The notes beneath the pieces are model-generated. The model did not search any database and was not told the DNA's origin. It saw only the letters and a program-made list of their open reading frames with translations. From Reclinomonas americana ATCC 50394 (taxonomy: Eukaryota), in NCBI GenBank assembly GCA_048213135.1, contig PS015403.1, positions 3,459 to 39,445 on the forward strand: DNA of 35,987 nucleotides. Reading direction: 5' to 3'. Position 1 is the first letter of the stretch; every line of letters begins with the position of its first letter. Below, piece by piece: positions 23,386 through 34,678 of this stretch. The translations under genes and the position numbers were made by a program.

Positions 23386-23865
23386 GCAAGTGATTTGTGT
23401 GCATGTGTGCATGTGTGTTGCATCGGCGTGCGTGCGTGTGTGTTTGCGTGCGTGTGTGTTTGTGTGTGAGAGAGACAGAGAGTAAGTGTGTGAGAGAGAG
23501 TCTCAATCTGTTTGTTTCCCNNNNNNNNNNNNNNNNNNNNNNNNNNNNNNNNNNNNNNNNNNNNNNNNNNNNNNNNNNNNNNNNNNNNNNNNNNNNNNNN
23601 NNNNNNNNNNNNNNNNNNNNNNNNNNNNNNNNNNNNNNNNNNNNNNNNNNNNNNNNNNNNNNNNNNNNNNNNNNNNNNNNNNNNNNNNNNNNNNNNNNNN
23701 NNNNNNNNNNNNNNNNNNNNNNNNNNNNNNNNNNNNNNNNNNNNNNNNNNNNNNNNNNNNGTGCGCAAAACACAAACAAACAAAGCAAAAGGCTCGAGAT
23801 GAGCGACATCTCACTTTTGTCTCGCGCGCGCGCGCCCCCGTTTTTCGAGGTGCGTTCAACGTAAC

Positions 23866-24790
23866 CTCGCGCTCCTTGTTGAACTTGATCTCCTTCTCCG
23901 GGTAAAAGTTGTTCCACAGGCGGCACAAGAGTTGTCCGTCGGAAATGGCCTCCCACAAGTCGCCCGCCTAAGCACACACACGCACGAATTGATCAGCATG
24001 CATGCTCATATAGTACAGAGAGAGAAGGAGAGAGAGGCGAAGAGAGAGAGAGGAAAGTGTGCGTACTATGACAAAATGATCAGATTGTGATGCACACACA
24101 AGTGCAAAGAGCACACACACATACTCTCTCTCACGCAGAGAGGAGTGTGCAAAGTGCGCAAGTGACGCCACATGATCTTTCACAATGACGCACACTCACT
24201 GTGCGCGCGCGCAGAGAGCACACACTCGTGCACACACATGCACACACACAGGCGCGCACAATGCTCAGTGTGTGTGTGCATAGCGTGTGCGAAAGTGATG
24301 CAGTGGGCGAACAATGCACACAATGATGCACACCTCAATGAGCGCATCTGTGACAGCGCGCAACACAGGCGAGTGTGTGTGTGTGCGAGAGTGTGCGAGA
24401 GTGTGTGTGTGTGTGCGTGCATGAAAGAGCAGATGCTCAAAATCGTCTAATGCACGTGTCACAGAGAGACAGAGAGAGAGAACGCACAGAGACACTGGCA
24501 AGACATACAGGCGCAGTGTGTGTGTGAGTGTGTGTGTGTGTGTCCACTTATTGCACGACACATAGAGGAGATTAACGAACATGCACTCTTCTCTCTCTGT
24601 CTCTCTCTTGTTACGCAACTGCCTCTGCGCCTCCTGGCATGCGCAGTGACTCTGCGGCCCATCGACTGATCTCATGTGAGTAGAGCGCATCGTCTTCCAC
24701 GCGACGCTCCATGCGACGCGTGTCCATGGTCGAGCCTTCGGCCTCGCGTTGCGCCATCTTTTGGCGCAGTTCTTGCATAAAGTCTGCCAT
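23866..24790 (-). CDS. Calponin-homology (CH) domain protein, first two exons (rest in gap)
   Basis: Exons 24790-24620 and 23967-23866 give MADFMQELRQKMAQ...EISRWAAESL...AGDLWEAISDGQLLCRLWNNFYP, the W..DL.E.(L/I)SDG..LC.L.N pattern of single-CH (calponin/Vav/IQGAP-type) domains. Confidence 0.75.
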
Positions 24791-25014
24791 TTTTTGTTGG
24801 AGGAAGGGGGGTAACGGTGGTGCCTATGCGCCTGGTGTGTGTGTAGACGGGGAAAGGGTGTGCACGCGCGCGCAGGAGCGACTGTGCGATGGAGTGATTG
24901 CGATTTGCGGGACGCGACGTTTTTCATGGAAAGTTGGAGGCAGCGTTGACTTTCCGGCAACGTATTCGCCGTGGTGATGTACACTCAGAGGCAATCCTGC
25001 CCTTATCTCCTTCG

Positions 25015-25312
25015 AATTCTCTTTGCAGCTGAACTTGCAACGCGATTCGATCACGTTCGTCCGCTTCGACTTCCCAGCATCGCTTCTTGGTGGTGCATTC
25101 AGTGCAACCTTGTGGCTCCTCTGCTCTAAACCTCTCCAAATTCTCTTGAGCCGAACTTACAAGGCGATTCGATCGCGACGATCTCGTTCACGTTCGTCCG
25201 CTTGGAATTTCCACCATCGATTCTGCCTTGGTGCCGGCAACTCTTCCACTTGCACGTCGACACTCACAAGTCGAACCTACAAGCGATCATCCTGGACTTC
25301 CCAGCATCGCGT
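25015..25312. repeat. Degenerate ~121-bp tandem repeat, three units
   Basis: GAAC(T/C)T(G/A)CAA..GCGAT...GA(C/A)TT(C/T)CCA(G/C)CATCG begins at 25031, 25153 and 25273. Confidence 0.6.
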
Positions 25313-27135
25313 TCACCCAGCGGCAACCCTCTTGTTCATCTGCTCTCCGATTACCCGTCGATTTCCGCTTGCAGTTGACCATTGCTGCAACCCTCGGATC
25401 GGGAGCTCGACGTCAAACGCGCCACCGAGCGATCTCTTCCGTTCACCTAGACCTCGCTCGCCTGGCCTCCACTGACCCTTCGATTCGGTCAAGGTTAGCA
25501 AAACCGGCGTGCTCGTCACCCAGCACCGTGTTCACCTTGTCCACACGCCTTGTGGCCCTCTGCCCTCCATTGACCCTCCGAATCCCGCTTGCCTTGTCAG
25601 ACACCTGCAAGGCATCTCTCTCGCCGTTCTCATCCTGTGCCACTTACTCTTGATCCTTAAGGTGGTGCAGCCCCGATCGCCACCGCCTTGCCCTTCACAC
25701 ACACACACATAACAATCAACTTCCTCTCCCTCCTGACCTCATCATCCATCNNNNNNNNNNNNNNNNNNNNNNNNNNNNNNNNNNNNNNNNNNNNNNNNNN
25801 NNNNNNNNNNNNNNNNNNNNNNNNNNNNNNNNNNNNNNNNNNNNNNNNNNNNNNNNNNNNNNNNNNNNNNNNNNNNNNNNNNNNNNNNNNNNNNNNNNNN
25901 NNNNNNNNNNNNNNNNNNNNNNNNNNNNNNNNNNNNNNNNNNNNNNNNNNNNNNNNNNNNNNNNNNNNNNNNNNNNNNNNNNNNNNNNNNNNNNNNNNNN
26001 NNNNNNNNNNNNNNNNNNNNNNNNNNNNNNNNNNNNNNNNNNNNNNNNNNNNNNNNNNNNNNNNNNNNNNNNNNNNNNNNNNNNNNNNNNNNNNNNNNNN
26101 NNNNNNNNNNNNNNNNNNNNNNNNNNNNNNNNNNNNNNNNNNNNNNNNNNNNNNNNNNNNNNNNNNNNNNNNNNNNNNNNNNNNNNNNNNNNNNNNNNNN
26201 NNNNNNNNNNNNNNNNNNNNNNNNNNNNNNNNNNNNNNNNNNNNNNNNNNNNNNNNNNNNNNNNNNNNNNNNNNNNNNNNNNNNNNNNNNNNNNNNNNNN
26301 NNNNNNNNNNNNNNNNNNNNNNNNNNNNNNNNNNNNNNNNNNNNNNNNNNNNNNNNNNNNNNNNNNNNNNNNNNNNNNNNNNNNNNNNNNNNNNNNNNNN
26401 NNNNNNNNNNNNNNNNNNNNNNNNNNNNNNNNNNNNNNNNNNNNNNNNNNNNNNNNNNNNNNNNNNNNNNNNNNNNNNNNNNNNNNNNNNNNNNNNNNNN
26501 NNNNNNNNNNNNNNNNNNNNNNNNNNNNNNNNNNNNNNNNNNNNNNNNNNNNNNNNNNNNNNNNNNNNNNNNNNNNNNNNNNNNNNNNNNNNNNNNNNNN
26601 NNNNNNNNNNNNNNNNNNNNNNNNNNNNNNNNNNNNNNNNNNNNNNNNNNNNNNNNNNNNNNNNNNNNNNNNNNNNNNNNNNNNNNNNNNNNTGTGTACG
26701 CTCACTGTCACTCTCTCCACTGCCTCTGCCAGAGCAAGCACCTGTCAACGCACTCATCACAATCTCTCTCTCCACCCTCTCTCATCTCAGTGACTCACGT
26801 TGCGTGCCTGTTCATCCCCTCGACACCTCTCAGCACGCAACGCTTGAATCTCGGTACGAACAGCTATCTCTCACTCACTCTCACGCATACAGAAAGCTGC
26901 CTGACAGCTCGCTCACAGTCGCTCTCTCCACTCCCCTCTGCCAGAGCAACCGTCCCACATGATTAATCACTCGCTTCAAACCGCATCACGCAACTCGTCA
27001 CTCTAATGTGCAACACACACACACAAAGTCTCGCTCTCCACTTGCCGCCTACTGCTATCTCTCCCTTCCCCTTCCCTTTCCCCCTTCCTCCCTTCCCCTT
27101 CCCCTCCCTTCCCCTCATGCCCCCCTCATGCCCAC

Positions 27136-28928
27136 CGAGTCATCCTCGGACGCCACCGCCAGCTCATCTGAATCAGCCTCAAACGGATTCCACTCAATCG
27201 AGGTAATAGGGCCGGCGTGATACGCATGCCCGCCGACGGGCTGGAACGACGGCTGGCGCGCGATAAACTTGCGCAGATCCCACACCTTGAAGGCACCGTC
27301 GTCGCCGCCCGAGGCCAGCAAGTGCGCCTGATGCCTGCACTCCAACGAGTGAGAATGCGGAGGGAAGACACCACCACAAGACGGCTTCTTTTGACACCAA
27401 CCTGTTCCATGAAATCACATTCACGTCGCTGTCGTGCGCCTGCACCGTCAGCTGGCACTTCTTTTCCCTGGTGTCCCAGATGCGCACGGTGTGATCGGCC
27501 GAGCAGGTGGCAAACACAGTGCGCTCCGTCGGGCTCCACTGAATGTCCTCCACCGACGACTTGTGCCCTCTCCGAGCCGCCTCCACTTGCCATGCTCCGG
27601 CCTCCAGCGGCTTCCACACGCACACGTGATTTGCGCAGTCGCCACTTGCGAACCTGGGGAGCCGGTGTGAGTCTCTCACGACGAAGAAAAAGAGGGTTCT
27701 TGTGAGTGAACGAAACAATCCCGGCGTCAGCAGACTCCAGTCCATCGCAAATCCCTCGGCGGCGTGCTGATGCGAGAAGAGTGGCGCGGGGTTGGCCGAC
27801 TGGCGGTGCATGGGGCCGACCAGCGATGCAATCTTCTCCGCAATGTCCCACATGTAGACGTTGCCGTCCTCGGACCACGAGGCCACAATGTTCGAATGTT
27901 GTGGCATGCACTGGGAGGAGCAAGTCAGCGACGCAAAAGCAGAAGGGAGAACGTGAAGCGCACTCACCCTCACACGGTTGACAGCGCCAGGGTGCGGCAC
28001 AGTGCGATGCTCCAGCACTGGATCATCGTCGACATTGTCGCCCGTCTCGTCCTCATCGTCGCCTGCTCGCACTCGTCAGGCCTTGACTTGTCTACGCTTC
28101 TAACCCCCCCTCTCTCTCTCACGCAACTATCCAGCGCCTCATCAAACTTGGTGCGATACAAGTCCGAGAACTTCATCACATACAGCATACTGGCACCGTC
28201 CGCCGCCTGCGATCCACTGACCAAGAAGCCCGTCATCGGGAACTACACAAGCAGCAAGTGAGCAAGCGATGGTGAAGCCAACGTTCTACTACTACACAGT
28301 AACACAACATTGACGCGGTTCTCGCCCAAGTCATCTCGAATGCAATCAAACGACAAGCACGGCCACTCGGCGGCCACCGCGTAGTAAATCTCGTACGCAC
28401 TCGAGTCGTAATCAAGCACCTCGTCCTCGCCCATTCCCTGCGATCGACGCCACACTGCGACCGGACCCTTTGCCTCCTCATCTTCTTCGTCGTCTTCCTC
28501 TCCGTCGACTGGAGCCGCAGAGGAGCTTGCACCTCCCCCCTCGTCCTCATCACTGTCCTCATCGATTTCCTCATCGTCGAATGCCGCCGGTTCCTCTTCG
28601 TATTCGTCCTCAAAGGCATCCTCAAAGTTCGGCAACTCGCCGTCGTCCTCCAAATCGCGTCTGAGGGGCGCGCGCGTGTAAACAAAGTGTGTGAATGTGC
28701 CGTGATGTGCAGATCTGCACATGCCCCCCGCCCCCTCTCACTCGCGCTCGCGCCCACGCACTCTTCGTCGTGTTCCCCCTCGTCGTGCTCTAGTGGCTCC
28801 TCCGCGACATCACGCACAGAGCGCGCCACTGCATCGTCTCCGGCGGCTGCTCCTGCTCCGGATGAGGCAAAGGTCACTGCGCGTCGCTTCTTGCGCCCGG
28901 ATGAGCCCTCTCCTCTTCTCTTTGGCAT
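27136..28928 (-). CDS. GRWD1: Glutamate-rich WD40 protein 1 / ribosome assembly factor Rrb1 (last exon(s) presumably in gap 25751-26692)
   Basis: Acidic N-terminus, LDYDSSAYEIYY...EWPCLSFD.IRDDLG.NR..FP, H..EGFAMDWS, GHKSSVEDIQWSPTERTVFATCSAD, AHDSDVNVISWN, LASGGDDG.FKVWDLR, YH.GPITSIEWNP. Confidence 0.92.
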
Positions 28929-28996
28929 GTGTGTGAAAGGGGGAAAGGGGGAGGAGAGTGTTGTGCGTAAGAGAGGGGAAGAGAGTGTTTGAGAGA

Positions 28997-29477
28997 TTCC
29001 CGCCAATTTGTGCGAGCGATTGTCCATCATGCCGAAAACTCAGTCGCGCTGATTGCAAAGGACTTTTGTGCGTGCGTTTCCTCATGGTGGTTGCGTATGC
29101 CATGCGCACAATGCGAGAGAATCGCAAGAGCGTTGAGTGGAAAAGAGTGTGAGTCCGATTTCCCGCCATTTTGTGCGAGTGATTGTCCATCAAACGCACT
29201 CACTGTGCGACCCTCGCTCACGCGTATTCCCACGGTGAATACTAGATACACACACGCAGACAGAGAGAAACTCAAGAGTTCTTTTGTGGGAGTGCTGTTT
29301 CCCGCCAATTTGTGCGAGCGATTTGTCCTTTGCACTCAAACTTTCTCTGTGTTGAGCTCTTTTGCGCGCTCGTTTGTGTGTGTGTGTGCTTACAGTGAGG
29401 GTTACATAGAGGCGCAGAGGAAGAGAAGGAAGAGCTTTCATCAGGTGTGTGTGATTTCGTTTAGTTTTGGGCGGGAA
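28997..29477. promoter_or_regulatory. Three direct ~33-bp repeats each starting with an E2F-like TTCCCGCCA, plus one inverted GGCGGGAA
   Basis: TTCCCGCCA(A/T)TTTGTGCGAG(C/T)GATT(T)GTCC at 28997, 29160 and 29299; GGCGGGAA at 29470-29477. All lie 70-550 bp upstream of the GRWD1 ATG. Confidence 0.55.
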
Positions 29478-29989
29478 GTTAAATATTACTCTCTTTGTGT
29501 GTTCTCTTTCTCTCTCTCTCTCTGTGTCACACACACACTCTCTGTGTGTGAGAGCGTGTGAGAGCGCGTGTGCGTCTCTCTCTCAGTGCGTTCGTGTCAT
29601 GACATAACGCGAAATGCAATTTGTGAGTTGTGAATGAGCGCGTGTGTGTCACACTTCACTCTCGCAACACACACACTCTCACACTCTCAGAGAGTGCGCA
29701 CATTCTTCTCTGTGTCTCTCTTCGTGTGTGGGTGTTGCTCGTGAAAGTGTGTCATTGTGACAAACCCCTTGGCGCGCATCTGCGAGTGAGTGCGTGCTGT
29801 TAGCCTCACACTCTCTCTCACTTACACAGACACTCTCTACTCTCACTCTCTCGCTGTGTGTGTGCGCGTGTTGCGAATGACCCTCTGTCGCGCTCCTTCA
29901 TATTCGTTATTTTCGCTCGTTGTTGTCTCGTGTCGCAAACAGCTCTGCGCGCTCAGTCTCACTCATTGCTCTCAGTCGCGCGTTCATTC

Positions 29990-30530
29990 ATTCATTCACT
30001 GTGTCATTCGCGCGCTCTCACAACTCGCATTGTGACACTCAATTCTTGTCTTTGTCACTCTCCTTCACTCGTTTGTGTGCGTCTCCTTGCACACTGGCCT
30101 CACGCTGACAAGGCGCTCTGTTGCGCTCATGCTTGCAGCCTCTCATAAGTGCGCACTCTCACAAACTCTCATTGGGACACTCAATTCGTCTCGCTCACTC
30201 TCCTTCATGCCTTTGCGCTCTCCCATGCACTCTTGGACTCGCTCACGCTCGCACGTTCATTCATGCAGCCTCTCGCACTTGCGCACTCTCACAAACTCTC
30301 ATTGAGACGCTCAATTCTCTCAGCCACCCTGTCGTTCTCACCACGCGCTCTCACCCGCGCTTGTCACGCTGCTCTTGTCATTCACTGTGTCCCTCACCCT
30401 TGCGCACTCGATCTCCCTTTGCGACACGCAGTTCTCTCTGGCAGCCTTCTCTCCTCGTTCTCTTGTCGCTCACTCTCTCAGCCTCACCTCTTTCTGTCGC
30501 TCATCGCGACACTCAATTCTCTCACTCTCC
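29990..30530. repeat. Degenerate CT/CA-rich tandem repeats (units ~85-145 bp)
   Basis: GCGCACTCTCACAAACTCTCATTG.GAC.CTCAATTC at ~30151 and ~30281; related GACAC(T/G)CA(A/G)TTC at ~30034, ~30423 and ~30508. Confidence 0.6.
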
Positions 30531-30769
30531 CTTTCCACTCTCCTTTCCGCTCTCCCTCCCCACCCTGTGGTTTCTCACCGCTGCTCGCGTCGTGAAAGTA
30601 ATCTGTTCTGTGTCGGGGAAGTGAGGTTGCTTTGGCGTGAGAAGGAAGATTTTGCTCGCACTGTTCTTCTTCGTTTTGCGTGTTCGTGTGCGCGCGGGCC
30701 TGCCCTCACTCACTCTCGCTCTCCATCATGGCGACTGCAGAGTGCGCGTTCTTTTCGTTTGAGTTTGTG

Positions 30770-33700
30770 ATGGCGGATCTGGACTCGCTGGATGACCTGC
30801 TGGCGCAGCAGCGCGACATGCAGGCCGACATGTTGGCGATTGAGAGGGCGATTGGTGCGCGCGGGAGAGAGTGTGTTTTCGTGTGAATAAGTGTCATGCT
30901 CATTTCGGCGCGGGTGCAGCTCGTGGAGAGGATCCGTTCTCACGACCACGTGACGAGGATGCCGCCGCAGTGGCAGCAGCAGCCGCCGCCGCAGCACCTG
31001 CACCGTTCACCGCCACACGATTGACACAGGAGGCGTTGAATGGCGCTGCGGGTGGTGCGGGTGGTGGTGGACGGGGTCTGGTGATTGGCGACGACGATGA
31101 TGACTTTGCGGATGTGGACGGCTTGTTGAGTGAGCAGCTGAGCCCGAAAGACGAGGCACCTGCCGCGCCAGCGCCGGTGTCATCCGGCCCTGCACCACCG
31201 CTCCCGCCGCCACGACCAACACTGCCGTCGGCCTCTGGCCCTTCACGGGCGAATTACACGGCGCATGCTGTTGTCGCCGCGGCACCGACCAAGTCGATCA
31301 CGTCGCCGAATGCGACAGGAGTTGCGCGCACCCGTCCTCCCTCTCCCTTCCGTCCTCACTGCCGCCCTGACCCTCGCCATCTGCAGGGTTATCTGACCAA
31401 CGGAAGCAAAATCGTGTTGCGCGTGCAGGATCCCACACCGCGCACCGACGACATGGTGGAAGGAGAGCATGGTGACGACGAGTTGACGCCAGGCGGCAGT
31501 GCCAATGGGACACCGGCCAAGTCCACGCCGGGCAAGACGCGCACCGGCGCGCGCTCCGACACACCGTCGTCGATGGACTCGTCGAGTGCGGGAGGGTTGT
31601 TCGCGCGTCTGAATAAGAACGTGCCGACGCCGTCCTCCAAGACACCGGCGAAGAAGTTGGCGAGTGCCGGCAGTGCCTCGGCGCACGTGGTGTACCGCTC
31701 ACCCATGGGACAAACGACCGGCACGCCCAAGGCGGCATCGGCGGCCGCCAAGGCCAGCACACCCAAGGCGGCGGCCACGGCTGGAGGACCTACCCGAGGT
31801 GGTCCTCCTCTCGGTACGCCCACCAAGACACCGCAGCGCATGTCGGCCGCGCAAGTCGCGTCGTCCACCATTCGCGCTCCGGGAGCACGGACGCCGACAA
31901 ATGCACAGCAGTTGAGTGCTCTCCCCTGCAAGGAGGGTTTTGCGAAAAGAGAGAGTGCTCACCTTTCTGTTGATGTAGGCGAACTGGACGCTCACCAGCC
32001 AAGTCGCCAGCCACCAAATCACCCGCCAAGACACCGCCACGGTCGAAATCACCGGGCGCCTCGTCGAACGGCCCCTCGCCAGGCACCACCAAGTCACCGT
32101 CACACGCTCGCGGTTCACGGTCACGCTCGCCACCTCGCGCCGCGTCGGTGCGCTCACAGGGACGAGTTGCGTACTCTTCACCGTCTCCTCCTTTTGCACA
32201 AAAAGAAAGGCCACTCACCCGCTACGCAGGCGCAGTCGGCAGCATCAGGGCGCTCCATGTCGCGCGGCTTCTCCTCACGCGATCGCTCATGCATGAGCAG
32301 CGGAGCCGGGGAGCGAGTATTCGCGCCAGGCACATTCGGCACCGCCATTGCGCCGACCATTGTGTCGGAGTGCGAGGCCGTGTGCCCGGTGCTGGTGTAT
32401 GGTGATGCCGAGGCCGATATGATTCTGCACGAGCGACCGCCGTCGACGGTCATGGGTCGTGCACCGCGGCGCACCAGTATTGAGACGTACACGAGGAGCA
32501 AGCGGGATGCACCAGGTGGGTGGATGGGGAAGGGATGAGGGAAAGGGATTAAGGGGAGGGGGAAGGGGGTGAGAGGGGAAGGGGGTGAGAGGGGAAGGGG
32601 AAGGGGGTGAATGGGGAAGGGGGAGGGGGTGGGGTGACGGGTGAATGGTGAAGGGAAAGAGTGATACATGGCACAGTGAGTGAGGGAAAAATAAGTATGT
32701 GAGCGAGTGCAAGAGAGGGAGAGAGTGACTGCAGTATGTGAAGGCAGTGAGGAAGTGCATTCATTGAGTGAGTGAGAGAGAGAGTTATCACAATTGTTGA
32801 TGGTCAGAGCTGACAGGGTTTGTGGAGTGTGCTTGTATTTGATTGAGGAGTCGCGACTGTGGTCGGCAGACAGAGTGGCGTGCATACTTGTTGGGAAGGG
32901 AGCGAGGGAGCGCCGTCACAAACTCAGCGACGTGTTTGTGAGAGTGTGGGATACGAGATTTCAATTGTTAAAGGTAACGAGAACGCGGCTGATAAGCAGA
33001 ACGACATGCATGTCGGCTGTGGGAAGTGAGCGAGTGATTGGTTGTGTGAGAGGGAGAATGAGGGTGGGATTGTTGGGGACAGTGAGCGCTCCGCGCAACG
33101 GTGGCATGATAGGAGGGTGTGAGCGTACTTTGTTGACGCCCGCAAGATGGCGTGTGAGAGCGTTCAGCTCGTGATCTAAGTTGGAGAGATTACAGTTGGG
33201 GAGATAAACAGAATACTGTGCATGTTTGTGGAGTGTGCATCTTTCTTGGAGCGAGTGATTTTGGCAATTTGTGAGTGAGAGATGAGTGTCACTCAGCGCT
33301 ATGCATCTTTGTGCTGTGTGAGCACGACGGGTAGAGAGCGAGTGGCAATGCCGGTCGCAGTGATCTGATGTGTGAGATTGTGTATCGTGAGTGGGAGACA
33401 AGAGAGTGCACGGCACTGTTATGCATGTTTGTGGCGTGAGCTTGGTAGCAAGAGAGTGTCCGTGCGACAATCACAGCTATCTGAGCGTGGTCAAGCGTGT
33501 TGTGTGAGGAAGGGAGCAAAGTGGGTGCTTGCTCCACTCCCACGTGCCATGCTGATGCGTCACAACAAGGAGAACAACAACATCAGCACAGTGACAGATA
33601 CACTTGTTAGTGGCTCTCTCTCTCACAAAAAAGGTGTGCAACAGTTTGTTCAGTGGTGACTTGAGCCTGAAGTGTTTTGTTGATGTCACACAGTATGGTT

Positions 33701-34512
33701 GTGTTCGCGTTGAGAGAGTTGCGAGAGCGCGATTTGCAGATGAAGAGAACAGAAGTCATGTGTGAGCAGACAGTCACCCCTCTTGTCCTTTGCAACTCAG
33801 ATGTATTCGTTGTCCTCCTTCCCCCTTTTCCTTTCCCCTTCTCCTTTTCCTTATCCCCTTCCCTTTGCCCTTTGCTGACTGTCTCCTTTCGCGCAGGCCC
33901 CGGCTCCTACATGGACGACGTGCCAACCAGCTTCGGCAAGCAAACCTTTAACGCCTTCCTCAACCGCTCACAAAGCAACCGGGTACTCCGCAACCAGATC
34001 AACTCTGCGCGTCCTCCATCGGCTGGCGCCGGCAACCGAGTACCGCGACCATCATCCGCACCCGGATCGCGTCGCAACGGCGAGGACGAGGATGCGCCGC
34101 CAGTGTTCCAACGCCTGTACGAGCCGAATCGCAAGGGCTCAAGAGCAGGCTCGTCGGTTGCTGCGGCGTCACAGGTGCGTGCTCGCACGATAAGGCACAG
34201 CTTCCTTGCACCCAAGTGTGCTCACCTTCTTCTCGAATGCAGGCAGGGAGCGTGGCCGCACAAAAACGTGGCTGTTTCGGTTCCACGTCGCCGCGAACGC
34301 CGTCGTTCCAGGTGGCCAACAAGGACCGCGAGTTGGAAGCGGCGCGCGAGTTTGGCATGTACGAGGGTGCGTACAAGTCGGACTTTGATCGCATCAAGAG
34401 CAAGCCCGGCGGTCGCTTCGCCACCGCGCGCAAGGACGAGAAGGGTCGGTTCTTGAGTCGAAAGGAGGGTACGATTGTGGCATACATGAACAAGCTGCTG
34501 GAGGGCCAGTAA
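30770..34512 (+). CDS. Pro/Ser/Thr-rich, largely disordered protein with a PGPGSY (SHIPPO/STPG-like) motif; 7 exons
   Basis: Exons 30770-30854, 30920-31320, 31387-31910, 31979-32147, 32230-32515, 33897-34174, 34243-34512 splice in phase. APGPGSY..VPTSFGKQ forms across the 1.4-kb intron; many SP/TP sites. An in-frame alternative ATG lies at 30728. Confidence 0.65.
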
Positions 34513-34678
34513 CGTGTCAGCTGGCTCGGCGAGAGAACGTCGTCGTCGTTGTTGTTGTTTTCACCGCTACCCCTGATTCCTTTCACGATTTTTTCTCCAT
34601 TACTTCTGTGTTCATGATTAAAACGAAAAAGCATTTGATTACGTGTTCATTGCCGGCGACTTTTCCTCTTCATCGCTG

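Noticed and set aside
11028-23520. Array units as autonomous transposons
   Set aside because: No terminal inverted repeats, target-site duplications, or DDE/RT/HUH motifs seen; the units are intron-containing tandem gene duplicates.
9773-26962. Long ORFs full of X in the ORF track
   Set aside because: Artefacts of translating across N gaps.
28997-29330. CRISPR-like repeat-spacer pattern
   Set aside because: Only three imperfect repeats, spacers over 100 bp and unequal, eukaryotic promoter context, no cas genes.
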